Below, in pieces: positions 17,123 to 23,752 of a DNA stretch of 23,752 nt. The stretch lies in IMG/VR virus record IMGVR_UViG_3300048060_000074; one strand, written 5' to 3'. This DNA is from a virus. Position numbers and translations under genes: made by a program. Position 1 is the first letter of the stretch. Each line of letters starts with the position of its first letter. Below the pieces are notes generated by a model. It was not told the DNA's origin and searched no databases. It worked only from the letters and a program-made list of their open reading frames with translations.

Positions 17123-19374
17123 CCGTCATATCGCTTCAAGAAGTAGATAGAGAGATCAGGCGGCTGGTACGGTCTGTCGGCAAGCTGGAGGAAAAAGACC
17201 GGCGGATCATGGAGCGCATCGCTGCCGTATCAGGCAATGCGGTTCTGGACGAGCTAACGCTGAACACCCTCAATGTCACAACCATCGTCGTTGGAGAAAT
17301 TGTGGATGGTGTTGACGTGGGCGCCTGGAATGCCGACCAGTTCGTTGTCATGGCGCTAAGTAGCGAGATGCCTAACGAGAGGGTCTTGACCGCTGGTGAT
17401 GGCATAGATGTGACGGACGGCGGCGCAGGCAGCACCGTGACTATTGCCGTCGATGTAACTGACATCCTGGGCACTGGAATAGGCGAGGATGGTGCCAACA
17501 ACCTCGTGCTGCCAACTCCTGGCACATTGACGGTCTCCACGGGCAATGCAGAGGCAGCGCCGCATACGCACGCGGTCACATCTTCCAGCAATCCAGGAGT
17601 GGCAGCGTCTATTTTGGCGACTGACGCGAGCGGGAACGTGACTGTTCAGGACATCACCGCAGCCGATGATATGTATCTTGGTGATATTCTGTACCGCAAT
17701 GGCGACACAAACACATACATCAACGGCAATGCCGATCAGTGGATTCACTATGCTGGCGGCGCAGAGTTTATGCGGTTCACCGAAGCGGCGCAGGACGAAA
17801 CCAGATTTAACAACGCTGGTGCTGACATAGACTTCATTGTCGAGGCCAGCGGTGTGGCAGACGCGTTTCAGGTGCTTGGCAGCAATGGGCAGATTACCCT
17901 TGGTGCGCTTGGCGCCGGGTTTGTTCAGTCAAGTGCTGGCGGCGTCCTATCATCGGCAGCGATCGGGGCTGGCGATCTGCCAGCGCATACCCACGCCGGG
18001 GCTGGACAGGGCGGGCAACTGGATTGGGACGACGTGTGGAGCGACGCTGTACACACGCACGCGAATGCTGGCGAGGGCGGCGCTACGATCAGCGCAACGC
18101 TCTACGATGCCGCAGCGACAGTCAGCGCCGTTTTCACGCACTCAGCTAATATTGCGCTTGACGATGGTGTGGGGGATTCGCCGGTACTTCAGTTTGTCGG
18201 CGGCTCAAACGAACTGGCGACGCTCTATTTCGATGATACAGCACGCGCGCTAGTGACTACTATCGAGGATAATCAAGCAATCGCCTACAGTATACTCGAC
18301 GATGGCGCTGGCGACCTGTTCATGCAAATTGTTACCACGACAGGCAGCGAGGCCGTTGTGTTCAACAACGGAGGCGACGATGTCGATTTCCGCGTCGAGG
18401 GAACCGGAGAAGCAAATGCCCTAGCCGTCCAGGGCAGCGACGGTTTTGTCGGCGTCGGCACGGCTGCCCCAGGCGCGAGATTGGAAATCAGCGGAGGCCG
18501 AACGCTGGAAGTAGATGTGGATTCAATCGCTGGAATCGCAATAGTCCAAAGTGACGATGCGACAACGTCGCTTGATATCAATAATGTAGCCATTGGCGGG
18601 GACACACGAATATACGCTACCGAGGACATCCATTTTAGGACAGCGACGGTGGATCCAGCGGCCACCATTGTAAGGGCCGGAACGTTCTACATCAACGAGT
18701 CAACAAATGCAGACATGGCGGGGTCTGGCCTGACGATAAACCAAGGCGTGAATGATGACGAGATCCTTGCCGTCAAAAGTAGCGACATCGACCACCCATT
18801 CACCGACCTTGCCGAGAACGATACCTATGGCACATTCACAAAAGCCAACGCGCTTGGCGGCGGCCTCCAGATACGAGGCTACAGAGACGCAGACGGCGAC
18901 AACGATTTGGCGGTACAGATCGCCGGCTTTTTGGGCGAGGCGGCAGACACTACAAAAGACACTTCAGGCCGTGGCATAGTCGAGATCTTCGCAGCGATAA
19001 CAGATGGCGGTACGGGCATCGCAGTCCCAGGGGCCGATGCCAATGTGCTCACGATACGAGTCGGCGGAGGGACAACCCGGTTTATTTTCGATGTGGAGGG
19101 CAGCGCGCATGCCGATGTCGAGTGGACGACTTTTTCAGAGCATGACGACATCGCCTTGCTAGGCGCTCTAGAGCGAGAATTTGAACGACGGCGCGATCCC
19201 GCTCGGGCTATGGTTGGCGGTAATGAGGATCGCCATGTCCTAGAGGATGCAAAGATCGTCACTTTCTACGATGATGGACCCCGAGGGATGGTGAACACGA
19301 CGCGGCTGGCGATGTTGCTTGTCGGCGCGCTACGCCAAGCTGGGGAACGAATAGCACTACTGGAGGGAGCATAA
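17119..19374 (+). CDS. Tail fibre / receptor-binding protein with chaperone-like C-terminus
   Basis: 751 aa, Gly/Ala/Asp/Thr-rich. N-terminal coiled coil, HxH motifs, FNN.G.D.DF.VE repeats, VGVGTAAP motif, C-terminal VNTTRLAMLLVGALRQ..RIALLE. Confidence 0.75.
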   Translation: MTVISLQEVDREIRRLVRSVGKLEEKDRRIMERIAAVSGNAVLDELTLNTLNVTTIVVGEIVDGVDVGAWNADQFVVMALSSEMPNERVLTAGDGIDVTDGGAGSTVTIAVDVTDILGTGIGEDGANNLVLPTPGTLTVSTGNAEAAPHTHAVTSSSNPGVAASILATDASGNVTVQDITAADDMYLGDILYRNGDTNTYINGNADQWIHYAGGAEFMRFTEAAQDETRFNNAGADIDFIVEASGVADAFQVLGSNGQITLGALGAGFVQSSAGGVLSSAAIGAGDLPAHTHAGAGQGGQLDWDDVWSDAVHTHANAGEGGATISATLYDAAATVSAVFTHSANIALDDGVGDSPVLQFVGGSNELATLYFDDTARALVTTIEDNQAIAYSILDDGAGDLFMQIVTTTGSEAVVFNNGGDDVDFRVEGTGEANALAVQGSDGFVGVGTAAPGARLEISGGRTLEVDVDSIAGIAIVQSDDATTSLDINNVAIGGDTRIYATEDIHFRTATVDPAATIVRAGTFYINESTNADMAGSGLTINQGVNDDEILAVKSSDIDHPFTDLAENDTYGTFTKANALGGGLQIRGYRDADGDNDLAVQIAGFLGEAADTTKDTSGRGIVEIFAAITDGGTGIAVPGADANVLTIRVGGGTTRFIFDVEGSAHADVEWTTFSEHDDIALLGALEREFERRRDPARAMVGGNEDRHVLEDAKIVTFYDDGPRGMVNTTRLAMLLVGALRQAGERIALLEGA

Positions 19375-19631
19375 TGGCAACGCCTAAAACGCTCACGGCA
19401 TACGACGCCCAGCAACATCGGCTAGTGTTGCTCCAACAGGGCACGGCGATCCACGTGGAGCGGGCCTACTCACTAGTTGACGATGTAGGTGATGCGCTCG
19501 ATCCGCCGACTGGCGGCAAGCTCGTCACGGATATTCAATGGAGCGCCGTTCCCGCAGGTGTCCAGGCAGCGCTCACAACGATCAACACCTGGACATACAA
19601 TCAAATTCTGTCCAAGGAAGGAATGACGTAA
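19374..19631 (+). CDS. Hypothetical protein (possible fibre-associated protein)
   Basis: 85 aa, TAATG coupling to the fibre gene, GGAG RBS. Confidence 0.6.
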   Translation: MATPKTLTAYDAQQHRLVLLQQGTAIHVERAYSLVDDVGDALDPPTGGKLVTDIQWSAVPAGVQAALTTINTWTYNQILSKEGMT

Positions 19632-19856
19632 ATGCACATCATAGTGCTTTTGAGCAAGCAAGGCGAGAAGATCACAGTCAGCTATGAGCTTGGCGCTGGT
19701 GTAGGGAAAGAACTTGCCGCGAACGCCCTCCGGGCAGCGGAGTCGTTGATCCAGAGGGAAATTATAGAGGCAAGGATCAGACAGGAGTTACAGCCGACCA
19801 TCGAGGCAGAAACGGGCCAGGAGGTACAAGATGAGCAGGCCAGCAGGGCGCCTTAA
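19632..19856 (+). CDS. Hypothetical protein
   Basis: 74 aa, abuts the upstream stop codon, AAGGA RBS. Confidence 0.55.
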   Translation: MHIIVLLSKQGEKITVSYELGAGVGKELAANALRAAESLIQREIIEARIRQELQPTIEAETGQEVQDEQASRAP

Positions 19857-20214
19857 CGCTTCTTTGGTCATCGAGGAATTCTTGCTCGACGTGTGGGAGG
19901 GTATTCCTGCCAGCACGGACTCGGTGGCTAATTCGTTGCAGCGGTTCCGTTCCGAGTTCGAGGCAATCGTATACCGCCTGAAGGAGCAACACGAGCAGGA
20001 AGGGCAAAAGATGGACCTGCTCACCGGCCAGTGGAAAGAACTCCACGACCGCGAGGGCCGGACGATAGATCGGATGGTCGACAAATTGGCGTACCTGAAG
20101 ACCATCGAGATCGCCGCCGGGGATACGGCTACCAGAGCTACGGTGATCGAACCACTGGTTCGCCACCTGAGAGAGTTTCTGAAGGAAATTGGAGATGAAG
20201 ATGACAGTTCATGA
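19831..20214 (+). CDS. Hypothetical all-helical protein
   Basis: 127 aa, AGGAGG RBS, overlaps both neighbours, amphipathic helices. Confidence 0.6.
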   Translation: MSRPAGRLNASLVIEEFLLDVWEGIPASTDSVANSLQRFRSEFEAIVYRLKEQHEQEGQKMDLLTGQWKELHDREGRTIDRMVDKLAYLKTIEIAAGDTATRATVIEPLVRHLREFLKEIGDEDDSS

Positions 20215-20539
20215 GAGGATGCTCAACAGCCTGTCGCTAGGCATAGTCTTGTCCACGAAGGACGGGCGGATACTGGAAGCAAATCAATCCGCGCAGGAGA
20301 TGCTGGGCTATACACTGGAAGAGCTAAGGGGAATCCACGCGCGCGATTTGTGGTTATATCCCGAACAACGACCAGCCATTATGCGTGAGGTACTGAGTAG
20401 CTGCGAGGCTGTTTTGAAGCAGATAGAGCTAGTCGGGCATGACGGGGTTGCTTTTTGCTTTGAAGTGAGCATGAAGCATTTTGGGAATGGAGAGCACGAC
20501 GCCGTGATGTCCCAGTTGAAGTTCGCCGGGGAAGAGTAG
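20201..20539 (+). CDS. Stand-alone PAS domain protein
   Basis: ERMLNSLSLGIVLSTKDGRILEANQSAQEMLGYTLEELRG..ARDL..PEQR...IELVGHDG..FCFEVS is a canonical PAS S-box signature. Start could be 20195 or 20201 (GGAG at 20191). Confidence 0.85.
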   Translation: MTVHERMLNSLSLGIVLSTKDGRILEANQSAQEMLGYTLEELRGIHARDLWLYPEQRPAIMREVLSSCEAVLKQIELVGHDGVAFCFEVSMKHFGNGEHDAVMSQLKFAGEE

Positions 20540-20558
20540 GTTCCTAGAGGAGATTGGC

Positions 20559-21113
20559 GTGCCGTCCTGGATCAACCAATACGGACCATGGTTTGCCGTG
20601 GTCTTCCTGTTGATTCTATTTTCTGACAAAGTAGCCGAAAGCATGCAAAAGGTGCTCGCGGTTTTTTCGCCTGGCGTGGCTGAGAAGCTACGACACGCTA
20701 AGGAAACTGCCCAGTGGCGGCGCGAACAGATCGAACGGGAGTATGTGGATACGGTCAAGAGCCAGAAGGACTTCATTTTGGAGATGAAGAGCCAGGCTCA
20801 GGAAGAGCGCGACCGCGCAGACAAGCAACGCCTCGACTGGCAGCAGCGGGCCGATGAGCGGGACCGTCTCTATCGTGAGGAACGCGACCACTTGCAGGTG
20901 AAAATCGAGAGGCTGATGGAACAGCGCACCGATGATTATGAGCGGCTGGGCCGCCAGTTTGCTGAGCTGGAAACGCGGAATATCGACATGAACAGGCAGC
21001 AAATCGAGTTGCTTGGCATGCAGACCAGGCGGCTGGATCTGATCAGTCTCACACTTGCCAGCGAGAAAGGCTTTCCTAGTCGGCAGATGTTGCCTGTGAA
21101 GGATGGAGAGTAA
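20559..21113 (+). CDS. Single-TM coiled-coil membrane protein (holin-like candidate)
   Basis: N-terminal hydrophobic YGPWFAVVFLLILFS, loosely like BhlA-type holins, then a long charged coiled coil; last gene of the late block. Confidence 0.5.
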   Translation: MPSWINQYGPWFAVVFLLILFSDKVAESMQKVLAVFSPGVAEKLRHAKETAQWRREQIEREYVDTVKSQKDFILEMKSQAQEERDRADKQRLDWQQRADERDRLYREERDHLQVKIERLMEQRTDDYERLGRQFAELETRNIDMNRQQIELLGMQTRRLDLISLTLASEKGFPSRQMLPVKDGE

Positions 21114-21115
21114 AC

Positions 21116-21147
21116 AAAAAACCCGACCTTCGCGAAGGTCGGGTTTT
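21116..21147. terminator. Bidirectional intrinsic terminator
   Basis: Perfect 30 bp palindrome AAAACCCGACCTTCGCGAAGGTCGGGTTTT (21118-21147) between convergent genes. Confidence 0.88.
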
Positions 21148-21159
21148 ATACGTGTAAAA
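21144..21159 (-). repeat. 16 bp motif, copy 4 (inverted)
   Basis: TTTTATACGTGTAAAA on +; its first four T's are the + strand U-tract of the terminator. Confidence 0.9.
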
Positions 21160-21164
21160 TCAAA

Positions 21165-21740
21165 CTAGAATGGCGGCGTGTCTAGTATCCAGGAATCGAG
21201 GACGCCAGACGGCGGAACGACCCGTCCTACAGGACGGAAAGTCTCGTAGAATTTCGACCACCCGGGCCCTACTTGCACTATGCTTACCCCTTTCTTGCAT
21301 CGCCCCTTTATCACGCCATCACCACGGATGAATTCTGGTCTCTTTGTTAGGTGGCACACCCAGAACTCCCGATATAGGTCCTCATACCAATTGTACCCGA
21401 GAACACTCTTGACGATAAGATTTGCTTTGGTGACCCTTCCGGCATCGTACTCCTCGACCAGCTTCCGTGCCCACAGATGGGGTTTTGCCAGCTTGTTGCT
21501 TTTGGACGACGGTGGATTTAGAAACACTGTGCCATGCCATGGCCCTCCCAGTGCGTTGTCGCCCTTTCCATAGTACGTGATTGCCTCGACGGCCAGGTTG
21601 GCCTCGTAACAGCTTGCTGGGTCGAGGTCGATAACGCCTAGGTTCGCGCGCACAAGCTCGACGAGCCAGGCTGGTGTATACCACTCCTCGCTCTCTGCCG
21701 TGAACGTGGTCACATGCGTTTGCTGATTTACTGCACGCAT
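21165..21740 (-). CDS. Phage-type DNA N6-adenine methyltransferase-like protein
   Basis: EEWYTPAWL...IDLDPAS...WHGTVFLNPP pattern of the phage Dam family; catalytic motif reads NPPS; GGAGG RBS. Confidence 0.75.
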   Translation of the reverse strand: MRAVNQQTHVTTFTAESEEWYTPAWLVELVRANLGVIDLDPASCYEANLAVEAITYYGKGDNALGGPWHGTVFLNPPSSKSNKLAKPHLWARKLVEEYDAGRVTKANLIVKSVLGYNWYEDLYREFWVCHLTKRPEFIRGDGVIKGRCKKGVSIVQVGPGWSKFYETFRPVGRVVPPSGVLDSWILDTPPF

Positions 21741-22612
21741 ACTTCTTCCTCCATTGGTAACTGGATCTGCACGTCGACCGGGATGCCCGGCGACAGCCAG
21801 ATGCTTTCCGTCCTTCCCACGCCAGCGTTTCCGGTGGTCTTCCAGGACACGCGATTCCAGCCGTGGTCCTCGTACAACTCCCGATATAGCTCAGATGCGT
21901 AGCCAGAGATGATTGCCCGCCCCCGCATTCCCCGGAGCAGCCGCGCGAGCCTCACGTGATCGTCTGCTGTCCAGTCATGTAAGTAAAACCCACCGGATGT
22001 CCGCTGTGTCCCCTTTGACAGATACGGCGGGTCCAGATAGAACAATGTGGTCTCGCCGTCGTACTTTGGGAATTCCTCAAAGAAATCTCGGCACTCTATC
22101 TGGACGCCCTGCAATCTCCGGCTTATCACGTACAAGTGTTCGAGTTGCACCTCCGTCCTGGAGGCAGGTTTGCCAGGCGGCTTCTTGCCTGGTTTTTGCC
22201 CAGTCGTGTGCCGCCATCCCGACTTGCTGAAGGCCATGGCGCCTATAGACTGTATCTGCCCGACCCACAGAATGCGGGCCTTCTCTACAGGGTCGTCTGG
22301 GGGACTGTCAAGGTAGAGGCGGTGCCTCTCGTATTCGATCCTCGACCACGGCGTCAGCCATATTGCCCTGACCAGGTCGTCTGGACGGTCGCGCAACACC
22401 TGGAAATAATTCGTATACCAGCCATTCACATCGAATGTCGTTTCCAGGTAAGAGCGCGGCTTTGACAGCAGCACGCTCAATGTGCCGCCCATCCCTTCGA
22501 CGTAATGTTGCTGCTTCATTTCCGGGATGTACGGCACAATGTGAGGCGCGTTGTTCCATTGTGCACCGTAGAGCCTAAGGGCGGGACGGTTGCTTGCTAC
22601 TTCTATCCTCAT
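21728..22612 (-). CDS. D12-class (Dam-like) DNA adenine methyltransferase
   Basis: Start reassigned to ATG 22612 (ATGA overlap). RLQGVQIECRDF, TLFYLDPPY, DHVRLA, IISGY and RTESIW are typical of MethyltransfD12. Confidence 0.85.
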   Translation of the reverse strand: MRIEVASNRPALRLYGAQWNNAPHIVPYIPEMKQQHYVEGMGGTLSVLLSKPRSYLETTFDVNGWYTNYFQVLRDRPDDLVRAIWLTPWSRIEYERHRLYLDSPPDDPVEKARILWVGQIQSIGAMAFSKSGWRHTTGQKPGKKPPGKPASRTEVQLEHLYVISRRLQGVQIECRDFFEEFPKYDGETTLFYLDPPYLSKGTQRTSGGFYLHDWTADDHVRLARLLRGMRGRAIISGYASELYRELYEDHGWNRVSWKTTGNAGVGRTESIWLSPGIPVDVQIQLPMEEEVCVQ

Positions 22613-23433
22613 GGTTCTTTCACCCCAAGCCGTCGCCAGAACTCTGCGTAGGCGTATGGATTTCTTACCAGAGATTGTACGGTATGCCCCTCCTTCGTAG
22701 CCCTGTCGCCCCGGTATGTCCACGAAACACCGATCACGTTGCCCTGCCCATCACGGCGCCTGAAGAACCTGACCTTTTCGCTTGAGTTTGTGCTGGCAGG
22801 CCGCCCGGCGCGAACGGTTTGCCTAACGGCTGGTGCTGTTATCTCGTGGGGGGTTGCGGACCAGGTATCCACGATATGCCAGGCAACCATCTCCGAAGGC
22901 GTGTCTCCATGCAGAATGAACCCCTCGCGGACCTCCAGGATTTCGCCCGTTTTCATATCGTACTTGAGCACCGGAGAGGTATCCACCCCTCGATTGGTGC
23001 TCAGGAGAGCCCTGGCCACGTATACGCCGTCCTCGCATAGAAACAGGTGTTCTGCCTTGAGCCCCGGCAAGTAGTCCATGATGCGCATATATGCCAGAAA
23101 CTCGTTAACCGTATAGCGCCCGCGATGGTGTTGGACGCACCAGTCCTCGACGAAGGCGCCCCATGTGTCAAAGCTGGCATACTCGAACAACCGAAATCGC
23201 CTGATGAGGTGCAACTCGTATATGCCTGCTGTGAAGTCCTGAACCGCCTTTGTTATATGCGCATTCGCACCGGCGTCTAGTTCGTGCAGAAGGGATATCC
23301 CTTCTTGTTTCGTAAGCAGCCCGTCAGCAGCCTTCTGGATGAGATTAAGCGTCGTCTTTTTGGTCAGCCGGATCTGGGACAGCAGGTTCTCCGGCAGTGC
23401 CGGTATCATCGCCGTTGTCGGTTCCGTCGTCAT
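22609..23433 (-). CDS. Hypothetical protein (274 aa)
   Basis: Start reassigned to MTTEPTT (ATG 23433), preceded by GGAGGA. LFEYASFDTWGAFVEDW..GRYTVNEFL resembles F.TW..Y helical phage DNA-binding segments. Confidence 0.6.
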   Translation of the reverse strand: MTTEPTTAMIPALPENLLSQIRLTKKTTLNLIQKAADGLLTKQEGISLLHELDAGANAHITKAVQDFTAGIYELHLIRRFRLFEYASFDTWGAFVEDWCVQHHRGRYTVNEFLAYMRIMDYLPGLKAEHLFLCEDGVYVARALLSTNRGVDTSPVLKYDMKTGEILEVREGFILHGDTPSEMVAWHIVDTWSATPHEITAPAVRQTVRAGRPASTNSSEKVRFFRRRDGQGNVIGVSWTYRGDRATKEGHTVQSLVRNPYAYAEFWRRLGVKEP

Positions 23434-23740
23434 TTGTTTCCTCCACGTTTTCTTTCGGTGACCAAACCTGCTTTTCCCGGACGGACTGCCGAACGTCCGC
23501 AACACCATTTTTGGCCCACTCGTTTGCTTGTTCTGCGCTATAGCCCTCTTCTTCGGTGAGTCGGTGCAGTTCTTCGTAGAATCTGGTCACGCACAGCAGT
23601 TCTCCCTCCGTGCGCCCGAAGAACTTTTTACCGAGGAGCACCTTGCCGATCTTTGCATCTAGGACGTCTGCGCCAGGAAGGTCTATTCCATAATGCACTC
23701 GGATGACTTTTCTCAACCGCGCCTTTGTCGCACTTGTCAT
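23345..23740 (-). CDS. Hypothetical protein
   Basis: 131 aa ORF co-oriented with the downstream genes; start uncertain at the window edge. Confidence 0.5.
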   Translation of the reverse strand: MTSATKARLRKVIRVHYGIDLPGADVLDAKIGKVLLGKKFFGRTEGELLCVTRFYEELHRLTEEEGYSAEQANEWAKNGVADVRQSVREKQVWSPKENVEETNDDGTDNGDDTGTAGEPAVPDPADQKDDA

Positions 23741-23752
23741 AGGCTTTGAGAA

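Larger units (their letters stand above)
1..23752. mobile_element. Siphovirus-type phage or prophage segment
   Basis: Canonical head-neck-tail gene order, long tape measure gene, no sheath gene; no integrase or att site in the window. Confidence 0.92.

Noticed and set aside
17119-19374. Diversity-generating retroelement targeting the fibre
   Set aside because: No reverse transcriptase and no adenine-mismatched nucleotide repeat pair noticed in the window.
22120-22136. Possible fifth motif copy (CTTATCACGTACAAG)
   Set aside because: Too many mismatches compared with four exact copies.
22613-22723. Listed N-terminal extension of the D12 methyltransferase
   Set aside because: Lies within the upstream gene; the ATGA overlap at 22609-22612 and family motif positions favour 22612.

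Overview
Contiguous piece of a tailed dsDNA phage or prophage with a long non-contractile tail. A + strand virion morphogenesis block (191-21113) runs: Mu-I-like prohead protease with a nested scaffold, head decoration protein, lambda-E-like major capsid protein, neck and tail-completion genes, tail tube, tail assembly chaperone with a -1 frameshift, a 1903 aa tape measure protein, two large tail-tip proteins, a tail fibre, and five small genes. The small genes include a stand-alone PAS protein and a single-TM coiled-coil protein. This block converges at a palindromic terminator with a - strand block carrying two tandem N6-adenine methyltransferase-like genes and two hypotheticals. Highlights: (1) four exact copies of a 16 bp AT-rich quasi-palindrome TTTTACACGTATAAAA, three of them at module boundaries; (2) a PAS sensor module where lysis genes usually sit; (3) a prohead protease that looks circularly permuted; (4) a consensus sigma70 promoter followed within about 65 nt by an intrinsic terminator, whose 3' half recurs in a second terminator inside the tail operon. 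All functional calls come from motif recognition and gene order; no searches were run.
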